Shown piece after piece: positions 36,401 to 50,700 of a stretch of 64,000 nt of DNA (within the stretch, counting starts at the first letter, position 1; every line of letters begins with the position of its first letter). The position numbers and the translations under genes are program-made. The stretch is from Mustelus asterias (taxonomy: Eukaryota), in the NCBI RefSeq assembly GCF_964213995.1, contig NW_027590151.1, positions 992,001-1,056,000 on the forward strand, given 5' to 3'. Below the pieces are notes generated by a model that saw nothing but the letters and a program-made list of their open reading frames with translations, was not told where the DNA came from and made no database searches.

Positions 36401-37430
36401 GAGTGGCGCAGGCGTGGAGGGCCGAAGGGCCTGTTCCTGTGCTGTATTGTTCTTTGTTCTTTGTTCTCACGCTATCTCATGCACAAATTCTCACAATCTC
36501 TTTCCCTCTATTGCAGCTAACACAGCAGTGATTATGATCCTCGCTAGAAGAAGTTGTGGTCTCTCCAGATGTATCACGTATTACCTGGTGTCGATGGGGG
36601 TGGCGGATCTCCTCCTCATAATATCTGCTGTAATATTGAACAGGATTGCTGGAATGTTTTTTCCATCCAGCTTCTTGTCTGTCACACCAGTTTGCAGTTT
36701 CCGTACAGCCCTAAATTGTGTCGCCATGGACAGCTCTGTCTGGTTAACCGTCGCTTTCACGTTTGATAGATTTGTGGCTATTTGCTGCCAGAAGCTCAAA
36801 GTTAAATATTGCAATGAAAATGTGGCGACGTGGGTCATTGGAATCGTGTCCACACTGAGCTGTGTAAAAAATGTCTTTGTGTACTTTATTTATGAGCCCA
36901 TGTACATAATTAGCAATGTACCCTGGCTCTGCAACGTAAAGTTAATATTTTACACATCCCCTTTCTGGGCTGCTTATGACTTGATGCGTTGTATTGTAAC
37001 CCCTATCCTTCCTTTCATTTTGATTTTGCTGCTGAATGCTCTTACGGTAAGACACATTCTAGTGGCCAATAGAGCCCGCAGGAGACTCCGGGCCCAGAAC
37101 AATGGAAAGAATCAGAGTGACCCAGAGGTGGACAAGCGGAAAAAGTCCATTGTTTTACTCTTCACCATTTCAGGAAATTTCATCCTGTTGTACTTGTTAT
37201 TTTTTATAACTATCATCTATGTCCGAATTGTCAAAGTTACTTATTTCTCAGGTTCTAGTTTCAGTGCTACATTTAATCTTGAGGAAAATGGATATATGCT
37301 TCTGTTTTTGTGTTCCTGCATTAACCCATTGACTTATGCTGGGACCCAGAGTAAAATCAGAGCCGAGTTAAAGAATTTGGTGACTTATCCACTAAAACAA
37401 TTTGTTAATTTTTTTAAACTTTGCACATAG
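33427..37430 (+). CDS. GPR139/GPR142-like class A GPCR, gene 1; exons 33427-33496 and 36517-37430, 327 aa
   Basis: Exon 1 MHGIPKGLVFAIYYPVIAAIGVS with GTAAAA donor (phase 1); acceptor ttgcag at 36516. Seven TM segments with SMGVADLL, FTFDRFVAICC, CINPLTY; frame open to TAG. Confidence 0.9.
34068..34275 (+). mobile_element. Degraded V-SINE in the gene 1 intron
   Basis: GGGGCACTGTGGTTCGCATTGCTGCCTCACAGCAC..GGAGTTTGCACATTCT. Confidence 0.65.
35266..36467 (+). mobile_element. CR1 3' fragment in the gene 1 intron
   Basis: RT motifs and (TTCTTTG)n tail ending ~50 nt before the exon 2 acceptor. Confidence 0.93.
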
Positions 37431-37562
37431 GTGAACTAATGATAATGCAATTTATTTTCAGTCTGTGAAATGCTCCTTACCGTCCGTTCATTCCTCCGTC
37501 CATCCTTCTCTCTCTCCCCATCCATCCATCCGGCCGTCCGTTGGTCGTCCATCTCCCCATCC

Positions 37563-37979
37563 NNNNNNNNNNNNNNNNNNNNNNNNNNNNNNNNNNNNNN
37601 NNNNNNNNNNNNNNNNNNNNNNNNNNNNNNNNNNNNNNNNNNNNNNNNNNNNNNNNNNNNNNNNNNNNNNNNNNNNNNNNNNNNNNNNNNNNNNNNNNNN
37701 NNNNNNNNNNNNNNNNNNNNNNNNNNNNNNNNNNNNNNNNNNNNNNNNNNNNNNNNNNNNNNNNNNNNNNNNNNNNNNNNNNNNNNNNNNNNNNNNNNNN
37801 NNNNNNNNNNNNNNNNNNNNNNNNNNNNNNNNNNNNNNNNNNNNNNNNNNNNNNNNNNNNNNNNNNNNNNNNNNNNNNNNNNNNNNNNNNNNNNNNNNNN
37901 NNNNNNNNNNNNNNNNNNNNNNNNNNNNNNNNNNNNNNNNNNNNNNNNNNNNNNNNNNNNNNNNNNNNNNNNNNNNNNN
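37563..37979. other. Assembly gap (417 N) flanked by (CCAT)n/(CT)n low-complexity repeats
   Basis: Run of N seen directly. Confidence 0.99.
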
Positions 37980-38559
37980 TCTATTCATCTCTCTCTCTCC
38001 AACCATTTATCTATTCATCTCTCTCTCTCCAACCATTTAGCTATTCATCTCTCTCTCTCTCTCTTCTCTCCACCTCTCTCTCGGCCTCTCTATGTGTCTA
38101 CCTATCTATCTATTTGTCTGTCACATTTCACCATTATCGAGTGAGGGTGTACAACCTTTTAAGAGGAGAGCTAGCCTTTGAAAGCAATGCAGTGTTTTGG
38201 GTAGTGGTGTGGCGTTCTTCTGGGTGTGGAACATTTGGGGTTAATTAAGACTTCCTGTTCTGTGCCTGCGAGGGAAGTATCACTTTGGCCAGAATGTACT
38301 GCAGTGATGGATGTTTTACACACCTTAATCCAATTTGGGAGTAGGTTCTGGTAGATTTGTGCTCTGATGATCCACTGGAGGGTTCAGCCGGGAGTAGGTT
38401 ATTCAAGTGCCCTTTATCCCGGTAGGAATTCATCAAGTTCTCATCTTTATCAGGAACCATGGTGTTCAGACAGACGAGAGGATAGCTGCCATTCGTTTGT
38501 CCCTAGTTTGATGTGAAAAAAATAGCTTTTTGACATTGGTGATTAGTCCTTCATGGGCA

Positions 38560-41550
38560 CCATATGGCCAAGTATGCTCTGCATACAATAAAGAGGACAA
38601 ATCCAATCCGGTCAATTATGGGACCATTTGACTACCCTCAAACATAATTGCAGTGAAGGAAGGTCGCTTCAACAGCGCTATCAAAGTGTAATTGTTCAGC
38701 AATAACCAGCTCAGTGACTGCCAATTTGGATTCAGACAGGTTCACTGAGCTCATTATAGTCTTGGTTCAAAGATGAAATTCAGAGTTGAGGTGGAAGTGT
38801 CTTCATAACCAGGCAGCATTTGACCGAGTGTGGAATCAAGAAGCGCTCTCAATATTGGTGTCAATGGGAATCAGGGGAAAACTCTCCGCTCGTTTGGGCC
38901 ACACTTAGCACCAAGTAAGATGATTGTTGTGTTTGAAGGTCAATCTTCCCAATTCAAGGAGATCACAGTATCAGTGTACTGTTACGAGAGAAGGAGAGTA
39001 TTGGGTCCATCGTGTTTGTACCGGCTCCCCAAATCAGTTCATAACTTATTGCCATTCTCCTGCCTTTTCCCCGCACCACTGACACAGTTTCATATAATCA
39101 TGCAATGGCATCTTGAATGCTTCGATTCAAACTACCTCCACCACACTTTCAGTCCCTGCATTCCAGACCAAAAACATTAATGTGTGTGAAAAATAACTCA
39201 CCTCTGATTTCCTTATTTTGCAAATCATTTTTGTCTGTGCCCTCGCGTTCTTGATAGTTTTACGCATGGGACCAGTATCTCCTGATCTACTCTTCCCAGG
39301 CCCCTCATGATTTTGTAAATCTCCGTCAACTACAAAAGTACTATTTTTTTTTTAAATTCTACAAGTCCTTGGGACGTTCTTTTTTATCTATCAGTATCAT
39401 TTCATGACCCATTTTCACTCTTCATTTAAGTTTTGTCTTGCACGTTCTCTTCTCCTTCGGGTCTTCTTTTGTTTTGTACCCTCAATGTCTACCACAAGCT
39501 TCCGCTTTACTCATAATTCAGTGTGGTATATTCCCCCATATGCAGGGTTCACTCGATTAAAATTTCCCATCGCTTTACTCTTTTGGAACATGTTAGTCCG
39601 ACAATCTCCCTGTTTCCAGTTTGAACGCTGTTCCGCCGCAGATTTACATAAAAGTGTCTGCTCCGTGTCTGTACTGGCCAACCCGTGTCTGACCTGAGTA
39701 AAATCACTTTGATTTCCGGCCAATACGTGTCCTTTCCCAAACCAATCTTGAATATGTCTGCGTTATGATCGCTGTCTGCCAAATATTTCCCCACCAATAT
39801 TTCAATCAAATGCCTGGGGTCCTTACCTACAACTAATTACAGGATCTTCTGTCTAAATGCTTCCTCGGGAAGCATTTTAAGGAGAGTTGTGCTCCCTCTA
39901 AAACTTTAACACCATAACTCTTCCCGTTAACGTTAGGGAAGCTGAAATCCCCCACTATTCCGATCATATTTCTTTCACACTTCTGGGACATTTGCCTACA
40001 AATCTGCGCTTGCGCTTTTCTCAGACTGACAGAATCATAGAATCCCTACAGTGCAGAAGGAAGTCATCAGTACATCAATTCTGCACCGACTCTTGGAAGG
40101 GATCTGCTACCTGCAGCGAATCCCCATAACATCGCATATTTATCATGGGTCATCCAACTGAACTACACATCTTTGGACACTGAGGGACAAGATAGCATGA
40201 TCAATCTGCACAACCTTGGACTCTGTGAGGAAACTGGAACATTGGGAGTAAGCACAGGAGGACATGATATCATCACGCAGTCACCTAAGGCCGGAATTTA
40301 ACCTGATTTCCTGGCTCTATGAGGCAGCAATGCTAATTACTGGGCCATCGTATCATCGTATCATCCTCTAAGATGGCTTCTTGAGCCTTGTAATATGTCA
40401 AATCTCCGTACAGCTGCAATCAATTCCCTCATCCCCCTCCACGTTCACCTTCTTCCCTGTCCTACCTGACCATCATACATCCTGAAATGTTGATCTTCCT
40501 ATCCTGTCCCTCTCTCAATCATGTCGCGGTGACATCAGTGACCTCACACCCCCATGATTCAATATGTGCCTCAATTCATCTACTCTGTTCGTGTTCGTCA
40601 GATTCCTTGAAATAAAATAAATACAATCCAATCTTGCCAAACTGCCTTCTGCCATAACGGGCCTAGAACCTCGATACCTTCTTGACGCACTCGCTACTTC
40701 CTCTAATTTAGTGGTTGCATTCCCCCCTGCTGAACAATCTCTTGCGATTCCACTCCCCTACCAAGTTAATTCAAACTCTCCCCAACAGCAGGAGCCAGTG
40801 CACGAGCAAACCTCCCTGCAAAGACATCGGTCCCATTTCGTTACAGCTCCTTCAGCCTTGTTCAGGTTGCACCGTCCCCAGAAGAGGTCTCAAAGTCCCA
40901 GAGATCTAAAATCCTCCCTTCTGCACCAACTCTATAGCCATGTGTTGGACAAAACTTTTTATTTCTAAACTCACTAGCATGTGGCACCGGAATTAATCCA
41001 GGAATTGCTACCGTAGATCCAAAAATTGTGCTTGCTGGACCTCACCACTTTTTCTACTGTTATCGCTGCTACCTTTATGTGCCATGATATCTGATTATTT
41101 GGCCTCCAGCTTCAGAATACCCTGCAGCCCTCAAGTGACAACGCTACCTCTGGCATCTGGGAGGAAACATACCATCCGGAAGCCTCTGATGTCACGGCAA
41201 TGCAGCTTGTCTTCCATCCTTACAATTGAATTCACTACAGCTATAGAGCTGTCCTACTTCTTCCTCTCGCATGTTGTGGACAAGACGCATCCTTGGTGCC
41301 ATGACATTGGCTGCCACCGATTGCCCCTACGCAGCCATTTCCCCAAACGGATCCAAAACGTTATATCTGTTAGAAAGGGGGCTAGCTTTAGGGGACTTCG
41401 GCGCTACTTGCTTTCCTTTAGTCTGCCTATTGGGCACGCATGTCTTTCATGTGTGTTCAATCTTCACCTGCGCTGTGCACACTTCATGAACGTGTTATCC
41501 ATGACTTGTTCATCATAAAGGATACTCCGCAGTGAATCCACCCTCAGCTC
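38560..41550. mobile_element. Nest of old LINE fragments (RT fragment + at ~38560-38970; CR1 pieces - at ~38975-41550) and a V-SINE (- at ~40030-40352)
   Basis: Decayed DKSNPVNY / QFGFRQ RT-like sequence and antisense CR1 3'/APE-like sequence. Confidence 0.6.
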
Positions 41551-42949
41551 CATATGCGAAATTTGGTTAGCCATTTAGATGCGCTTCGTGCCAAAACAAT
41601 TGTGGAAAGTTTGTTTTGTAGTCAAGACAAATAATTCTGAAAGCAATTGGTGCAAAATCATGCATTGGATTGCCTGTTAAAAGTGGAGTGGAAGCTTTGT
41701 TCAAAACTGTCATTTGGATAACCTTGTCTGGATATCGAAAAGCAAAGAGCTCAGGGAAGACATTATGATGAGAAAATATTTTGAAGCGGGTTTTTTGGGC
41801 AGAAGCTTGAAAGTTCTCATGTGACATTCAATTGTGGGTATTCAGAGGAGAAAAACTCAAGCTTTAACTTGCTCCCAGAGCGGAGAGTGTGTGTTTGACA
41901 ATAGTAGATCTCTGTAATTCGAAGGGACTTTGTGGTAGTGAGAAAATTGTAGCTTCAGATGAACAGTGCAAACCGTCTGACTCATGAAATCTGTGTGCAT
42001 TCATAAACTAAGGGGGGAATACATTAATATTCTCCATCAATCCAACTTCTCACGATTAATATAGTTTCCTTGTTAGAAATAATTCTTTGTACTGTAATAA
42101 TGGTCCTCCACGTTTTATGGACAAAAAGGGTAAAACTTACGATATTTTGATCAATGGTTCCTTTCTGGGATCTGGCCATCCAGTTTTGCTATCAACTCGG
42201 ATCATAACAAATCAAACAAAACAAACATTTTACATTTCTTTCAGTTGCAAAAAATTGCACGTGACATAAACTTGTTGCCACCAAAACTGCTCAGAAATCT
42301 TCACCTCGTTCCCTTCTCTGCGATGAGAATCTTTTTCTGGATTCACATGCCTTTTCATCTACCGTTTAAAGTTCCCCAACTCACCCCGACAGCTTTCTTT
42401 TCAAAAACTGCCTCAGTTTCATTATTTTAGGACCCTGCCTCAGTGCCTAATGATCATAGCTGATTGAACTGAGGGTGGCGTGGAAAAAGCTCTGTGAAAT
42501 ATTGCAAACTTGATGAAGATTCAGACATTAAGTACAGACCACAATTTGCTTCGACCACCAAATTGCTTCAATATCCTGCCCAGGACACCGAACACACGTA
42601 GAATAGTATCGTAAAGAGAAAATATTTCTTTTAATCCCCCAGGGCATGCATTCTCTGTGAGAAAAGATGTGCTTGAGACAACAGTCCCAAATCGGCTGTA
42701 ACCCATTGTTTTAATGCTTACTTATGTCGAATGATAACTCATCAACCCCTGCCCACTCCCTCCAAGCCTTCCCTCTGTGAGGAAGTGACATTGCACCATC
42801 TTGGCATTAGCCAAGGGCATCTAACCAAACAAGCTACGATCGTTATCGTCGGCTTCATCTCAGCTACATTAAGATATATATCAATGAGTATATTATTTGA
42901 AGAATAAATCACTTTTTGGTAGTATTGTGCAAATGCTACCAAATGCCAA

Positions 42950-43264
42950 TCACTGTGGCAGAGTGGATAGCACTGCTGCCTCACAGCACCAGGCACTATA
43001 TTCGATTACGGGCTGGGTCACTGTCTGCGTGGAGTTTCCACATTCTACTCGTGGCTGCGTAGGATTCCTTCAAAGCTCCGGTTTCCTCCCACAGTCCAAA
43101 GATGTTCTGATTACGTTGATTGGCCATGCTAAATTGACACTTAGTGTCAGGGGCATTGGCAGGGTAAATAGGAGGGATTACAGGGTTAGGGCTTGAGTGG
43201 GATTATTGTTGGTGCATGTTTGATGGACCGAATGGCTTTGTCCTTCGCTGTGTGATTCTATGTT
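42950..43264 (+). mobile_element. HE1-like V-SINE
   Basis: GTGGATAGCACTGCTGCCTCACAGCACCAGG..GCTCCGGTTTCCTCCCACAGTCCAAAGATG..GATTCTATG. Confidence 0.85.
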
Positions 43265-43749
43265 CAAACGGCGCAAAATATTTTCACAGTGTCCGAGAAT
43301 CATAGAGAGTACACTAGCCCAATTCGTTCATCCGAGTTTGGACGTGCTTGTGGCGTTTCCTCGTCGCAAGAGGTGAGGAGAATCGGGTTGGGGGGAAGCT
43401 AATTATTCTTATCAGCACAAAGCTCTTTAGTCAGACCGCAGTAGGGAGAGCGAGAATTCGGCTGAGTGCAAATCATCATTCAGTTGAGGAATTAGAGACC
43501 AATAAGAGGGTGTAAAGCATACTTTGTGCTGTGGAAAACCAGTCAGGGAGAGTATGCTGACCACTCTCTTGCGACAATAGGTGTTGAGTGTGGTTTGTCT
43601 CAACTTGAAGTAAATATACAATAGCTCAGATTGTTCTCCACACAACCAATAACGTAATACACTATGAAGACAAAGAAAAGATGAGGGGGCTCTTCATAAG
43701 CATGGAAAAGCATGATAGATAAACTATCACTTCTTAAACCGTTCAATTA

Positions 43750-44350
43750 GCAAGGGGCACCTTGTGTTTGAAAGGACGGCAGAAAGCTATTTTTGTACAG
43801 CGGATCAATCATGGCACAATGGTATTGAAGGATTGGTAACTCTCCTCTGTTAAATGAACAAGCACAATCCGATGAGGGGTGTATTTCCAACAACACACAA
43901 CAAGTTTGACATCAACAGGAAAAGTAATCCATCTATATACATCAGCATTCAGTTCCTCCACCTTGTATTCACAGTGGCAGCAGGGTGCAGCATCTGCAAT
44001 TTCCATTGCAGCAACATAAAAGTCACCATGGACAGCACCATTCAATTTTGTGCCTTCTATATTTTTGAAGGACAAGAGTAACAGATGCATGGGACCTTCA
44101 TCGCCTGCAGGTTACTGTCGACATCACAGAGCATCCTATATCAGAACAATATTGCTCTTAATCTATTGTTGCTGCGTGAACATCCTGTAATTTATTATGC
44201 TTTATATCCTCTTATTGGTCTCTAATTCCTCAACTGTGTGTGAAACTATAAAACATGGTCTGCAAACATTCAAGGAAATGGCTCACTGCCACAATCAAAA
44301 ATGGCAATTCGGCATAGACAATAAATTCTGTCCTGCTCAGCGAAACCCAC
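43750..44350 (+). mobile_element. Old LINE 3' remnant (similar remnant on - at ~63370-63960)
   Basis: Resembles decayed shark CR1-group ORF2 C-terminus and 3' UTR. Confidence 0.45.
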
Positions 44351-47308
44351 ATCACGTAAAATAATGTAAATTTCGGCACATACCTTGTTCAAAAATGATT
44401 ATCTTGCACTACGTGGAGCCCTCGATGTCTCTTTAAACATAGCAAGTTGTGTCTGGGGAGAATCATCAATTTCGAAATTTAAAAGTGCACGGAGTCGTTT
44501 CCCCATCAGAAATCCATGTTGGACCCCCTTCCCAAATTATTAGGTTTGCACATGGTATTGACTTTCTGCTTTGCAGCAGACCAGATATCCGTTCTCCTGG
44601 ATGCCCCCTGTAATCCATGTTCTGAAAGCTTTTGTCGGTGTATTATGTGACACTTGTTAGAAGGCATTTTGCAAATGTTGATAAAATGCACCTATATTAC
44701 CATTTACTTTAACGCATGTAAAGGCTACAAAATATCAATGAACTCGCTCAAAAAGCACTTTCCATTTCGATACTCGCGTTGTTTATTAAAAACAACATAT
44801 CTGTGTTTTCTATCTTGCCACATTTTCTCATTGATGAATGATTTCGCTAGTTTCTCCCCAGAGAATGATAAACTGATCCATCGACACTGACTATCTTGCA
44901 TGTGCTGTGTTTTTACATAGAGACATAACGTGTGCAAACAATATCTTCTCCGCACTACACTTGTTCATGCCGAATTATTAAATATATGCAGCACTGCCTC
45001 TTCTATCGCTTTGCTCGATGAGTATAAAATACACAGATGAAACTCGCCTGGATCAGATCTCTGATCACTTCAAGTTTCATTTCTATACTTATTGCATCTG
45101 TGCTTTAAGTTATTTTACTTGATATTTTCCTTCCACCTTTTCATGTCATGTCAACCTGGTTTGTTCCAATGACAAATACTCACACCACATACATGTTTCG
45201 TATTCCTGCAGTTCTGCTGTTGCTTCTTGTGTTTTTATCTGACCAAAGTCTTACAGAAAATCCCCATCAGTAACTTCGGTGTTACAATATACTTCTTGTT
45301 CATTTCAATACTCTATTTCTTCGTAATCCTCTTCATCCTGACTTGAATACTTGTCCTCGCTTCTCATTATCACCTCGGTTGTGCATAAATGTGTTAAGTT
45401 GAGTTCATTAGGAGCACTTTGTGCATTTAAGTCATGTATGCATGTGCAGCAGACGATCATTTACAGTCAGTCATATAACTGACTGGTGCCATTAATGACC
45501 TTGTGCTTTGAACAGCAACTATATCGTTCAAGAACGAATGCACGACATGCCGTTAGATAGCTGGAAGTCTGCAGTTAATTTAAATAATCGATTGCCAGGG
45601 CAACAATGACAATGAACTAAATGAATCACGTAACATCCGGAGACAATGGAAATGAATTAAATGCATTCAATACCAAAAGTCATGCAGTATGGTGCAGAAA
45701 TGGAGAGCTGCATATCTACGTATGCTGACACCACTCTTAGACGAATAAAGGTGATTTAATTAACATCATAAATACATGCCTATGGAAGGAGGAATTATTA
45801 TTTGCTTGCCACATGTTTCAAAAATATCTAGTCTTATAGAGAATAAAATGAATGCTCTATTAATGATCAGCAACTAGGTTCTTTCTGGGGGAAGATTGAG
45901 AAATTACAATTGTAAGTAAAACAAGAAAACCTATCGAGTGATAGATCGCAAAATTGAAAGCATAAAAACGAACGTGACAAAAAAACTAGTAAATCAGACA
46001 GACCAGGGATAGAATCTATTAAATGTAGTGAAGCGCACATCGTGACACATGAAGTCAATAAATTTGAAAGAATTCGTAGGAAGCACAGAAAAGATATTTT
46101 CCATGAAAATCAGGCATCAATTGTTTCTGATTGACAATATATCGTAACAATAAATATGGACATCTGACGTTGGGATGCAATCGAAGATCAACATTGAGAC
46201 GATAAAAATACATAATCATGCCACATTATGAGTTACTTCGCAATGGAACTGAAATTGACGTTTTCATTCTTTATATTACAGAACATTGCACCTGCTAATG
46301 GAAGACAGAAGAAAATACAGCACATAGTTAAGCGGATAGATTGACTGGCATCTGAAGGATTATAATACAAATCGCATATGTTCTCCTGGCAGAAGGGAAG
46401 GTGGTATAGTGTCCATTTTATAAAATCTAATTGGACTAGCTGAGGTAAAAATCTGCAAGTTTTTCCTAATAGGGGAGCTGGAGGACCACAAAGTGGGAAA
46501 TTCAGAAGTCATCTGGTGAAATCAATATTTAATTGAGCTCTCTATCCATTAGGGGTAAGACCTGGCGACAGAGAGGATCTCTTTAAAATTGATGCTGATC
46601 ATTCAAATTAAATATTATCTTTAAACCACAGACTTTTGGGAAACTGTGTGTGCGATTGGACACATGAAATGTGATACATGCAGCTTAGCTTGGGATGGGG
46701 GGGGGGGCGGGGGTGTTGGCATTTGACTTTGGCCCAATGGTTCCAACATTCTCCATCACTGGAGTGTCCCTTGCCTAATTTATCAGCCTGTTTCTGAATG
46801 CTTGGTTATCGGACAGGAGTCTAATGATACTCCGAAGATGCAATAAGACGAAGTGCCGGAGTGTACAGTCAATGGTGTATATAGTATTATCCTGGTATAA
46901 TTTTCATTTTTGGTAAAGTTCTGTTAATTGTTCTGCACCTTCACACAGAGAACTGTTCCGAAATTCAACATGATTATGCACACGTTTTCACAGAGTGAGT
47001 GTTTCAGGTCTGGAATGCACCTAATGTTCAAACTGTTACTAAGAAGGATCTAAGTGGAATTAATAAATATTTAAATGTGTCATCCACTGTCAGGACAGAG
47101 GTCAGGCTCTAAGCCCCTCACATGAATGAAAAATGTTCAGGCAAAACGAGACTGATAGGAAAGCACCAGACCAAAGTGATCACGAACAATTGAACTTGAA
47201 AATAACTGAGAATGGACAACGATATGGAATGGGCACGGCATTGTTAGACATTCATAAATTCACAGAGTTGGTCAGGATTACAGAGTGAATGAACATGTAC
47301 ATGGGAAG

Positions 47309-47654
47309 TGCGGGGAGAGAATAGAGCCAACATTGCGAGTCCAGATGACCCTTCATCAGAGCTGAGAACAAAGAGTATCAGCAGGCAGTAAAGAGAACAA
47401 ATGTTATGATGGTCTTCATTGCGAGAGGATTTCACAATAGGAATTGGGGTGTTTTACTGGAATCTTACATGGCGATGGTGAGGCAATAGCTGGAATATTA
47501 TGTGCAATTTTGGTGTCCTTATCAGACGAAGGATTTCCTTGTTAGAGAAGAGGAGTTTCACCAGGCTGATTCCTGGGATGGCAGGTTTGCCGCATGACGA
47601 GAGATTAAATCAGTTAGGATTGACTTCATTGAACTCATTGAAGTTAAGACGAGA
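47309..47654 (+). repeat. Direct duplicate of 48733-49069 (Penelope/CR1 composite)
   Basis: Clearly alignable by eye over ~340 nt, including the junction between the two element types. Confidence 0.9.
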
Positions 47655-47709
47655 CACAAATCAGATCAGGTGGACTGGAATGTTAAAATCATGTTTGATT
47701 TTAGTCTTT

Positions 47710-50700
47710 TCATCTCTTACATAATTTAACAATCAATAACAGTGGATATTTCACCCCATTCTTTAACTCCTCCCTGAATTTGCTCTGGGGCGCTGCGTAA
47801 ATGAAAGGGTTGATGCAGCAACTCAAAAGCTGAAGCATATATCCGTATTCCTCCAGAACAAATGTAGACTGGCTGACATTAGAACCTGAGAAATAAGTCA
47901 CTTTCGCTATTCGGACGTAAAGGACGGTTATAAAGAATATTAAATATAAGATGATGAAACTGCCTGAAATGGCAAAGAGTAAAACAATAGATTTTCGCCT
48001 TTTTTCCAGCTCTGGATCACTCTGATTCTCTCCATTTGTCCCGGTCCGCAGTCTCTTACGAGCTCTACTGGCCGCGATAATGTGTCTGACAGTCAGAACA
48101 TTGAGCAGTAAAATTAGAATGAATGGGAGACAAGGGGTTAAAATACACTGAATCCATTCAAATGCAGCCCATTCAGGTGCGGTATAATATGTTGATTTTA
48201 TGCCGCAGAACCAGGGTACATTGTTAATTACGTCCAAAGGTTCATATATAAAATATAAGAAAGAATTTTTGAAACAACTCAATATGGACACGATTGTTAT
48301 GACCCGTGCAGCTGTCTTCACAGTGCAATATTTGATTTTCAGCTTCTGGCAACAAATGGCTACAAATCGATCAAAGGTGAAAGCCACCGTTAACCAGGCG
48401 GAACTATCTATTCCAGCGTAATTTAGGGCACAACGAAAACTGCACACTGGCGTGATGGACAGTAAACTGAATGGGAAATAGATTCCAGCAATCCTGTTCA
48501 ATATCACCATGCTGACAAGGAGCAGTAGATCAGTCGCCGCCATAGAAACAAGATAGCAAGTGATGCATCTGGAGAGACCACATCTTCCTCTTGACAAGAT
48601 CACAATCACTACTAAGTTAGCTGTAACAAAGAAAGTCATAGAGATTGAGAAAGACTAAACAGAAATGCTGAAAGCAAAAAGCAAAATAGTGCGGCTGCTG
48701 GAATCTGTAACGAAAACAGGACTGACAGCATCTGCGGGGAGAGAATAGAGCCAGCGTTTCGAGTCCAGATGACCCTTCATCAGAGCTAAGAACAAAGAGT
48801 ATCAGAAGGCAGTAAAGAGAACAAATGGTATGATGGCCTTCATTGCGAGTGGATTTCACTATAGGGATTGGGGTGCTTTCCTGAAATTTTACATGGCGAT
48901 GGTGAGGCAACAGCTGGAATATTATGTGCAGTTTCGGTGCCTTTATCAGACGAAGGATATCCTTGTTTTAGAAGAGGAGTTTCACCAGGCTGATTTCTAT
49001 GATGGTAGGTTTGCCACAAGACGAGAGATTAAATCAGTTCGGATTGACTTCATTGAAATTGAGACGAGAGGAAGGGGATCTCATGGAGATTTACAAATTT
49101 CAAACAGAATTAGACAGTGTAGCTTCAGATAGAATGTTCTCCATGGTGAGGGAGTCCAGAACTAGGGGTCATAGTGTGAGGTTAAGGACTGAGGTGAGGA
49201 GAAATGTCTTCACCAGGAGAATGGTGAATGTGTTGAATTCACGAAAACAGTAAGCACTTGAGGCCAACACATCGTGTGAGTTCAGGAAGAAATTATGTAC
49301 AGCTCTTGGGGTTAAAGGGACCTGGGGATAGGGCAAAAAGGTGGGTTCACGATGTCGATTCTGATGATCAGCCATAATCAAAATGAATGGTGGAGCAGGC
49401 TCGCCGGGCAAATTGGTCTACTCCTGCTTCTACTTTCTATGTTACATTTCTATGTTGTAGAAACAACTTGATTATGCAGTCATCTGATATTGTGTAATGT
49501 GGCAGGACTGGTTCGTAGCATCATAGTAAATGCTTCTCCAACGGTCGCCATGTGATTGAACTACTCAGAAAATAAATCAACCTAAATGAAGCCGATAACA
49601 TTGTTATCAGGGAAAAAACTGGATAACTTGTGTTGGCTAATTAGATTAAAGCATAGTGCCAGAAATAACAGATGGAAACAATCAAGAAACAATCAAAAAA
49701 ATCAACAAGAATGAATGCCATTGAAAAACAAAAGCTCAGCGAGAAATATTCACCCGAATCTTGTTATTTAACTAAAGGAATACATTATGTCAAAAGAAGA
49801 GGCTTCAAATGTTGTAAAAAAATGTAGAAAGTCTGAGGATTGGTAGCGTTTAATAAATCAGCAATGTAACAATGTAAAATTTGTCTTTCTTGTAAGGAAT
49901 GCGCAGCAGATGGATTAAAGACATCTTTCGACAGTTGCGCAGAATTTGGCGTGACCATAACTGCATCTTTCTATTATGTCCCCAATTTAAGGAGGGAAAT
50001 ACTTAACTTTGTGGCAGAACAGTTAAGGATCACTATGCCTCTGCCTTTTATGAGAGTATTGTCTATGATGAGTAGCTGACTATATTTTGTTGATATTTTC
50101 CGGAGTTTAGATGAATAAGGTTTGATCACATTGAAACATCCAGTGTTCTGAAGGACATTGACAGGAAGTAAACTGACAGGCGTTTACAATGGCTGGAGAA
50201 TCTAAAGTATGGGGGCACAGATTACCATTAACAGGACGATCATTTACCTCTGCAGTGACAATAAATGTTTTCATTAAGGAGCAGTAAAGCATTGCAATGT
50301 TCTAATGGAGACTACAATGCCAGCAACGTCACTTCAATAAATAAATTCATGATATTCTTTTGGCATGATTTAATGGTTCAATAATCAGTACACAATCAAC
50401 TATTTGTGGAAAATGCTGTCACCATAACTGTCTAACGCATTTTCATATTGTGAGAACAGTGTGACAGTTAACTCACATGACAAGGGTAAGCTTCCAATAA
50501 TTCACACAGGGCAGCATTAACAACACAGTAAGTTAAAATTACCCCGGTTTCACAGGGCGACTATTTGTCAACAGAATGTTTTCAAATCACAATGGATGTA
50601 TTTTCACACCGAAATCATAGTTTGGTTATTCCCCTGGAGCTTGGATGTGAGTAACATATTGACATTTCATGTAAACTGGAATGATAATGTGACGATTACA

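Noticed and set aside
36399-36516. 5' extension of the 343-aa ORF (MSGAGVEGRRAC..)
   Set aside because: It derives from the CR1 tail and intron. The true N-terminus is exon 1 at 33427-33496, confirmed by the paralogous exon of gene 2.
37465-38248. Long ORFs containing X runs
   Set aside because: Artefacts of the N gap.
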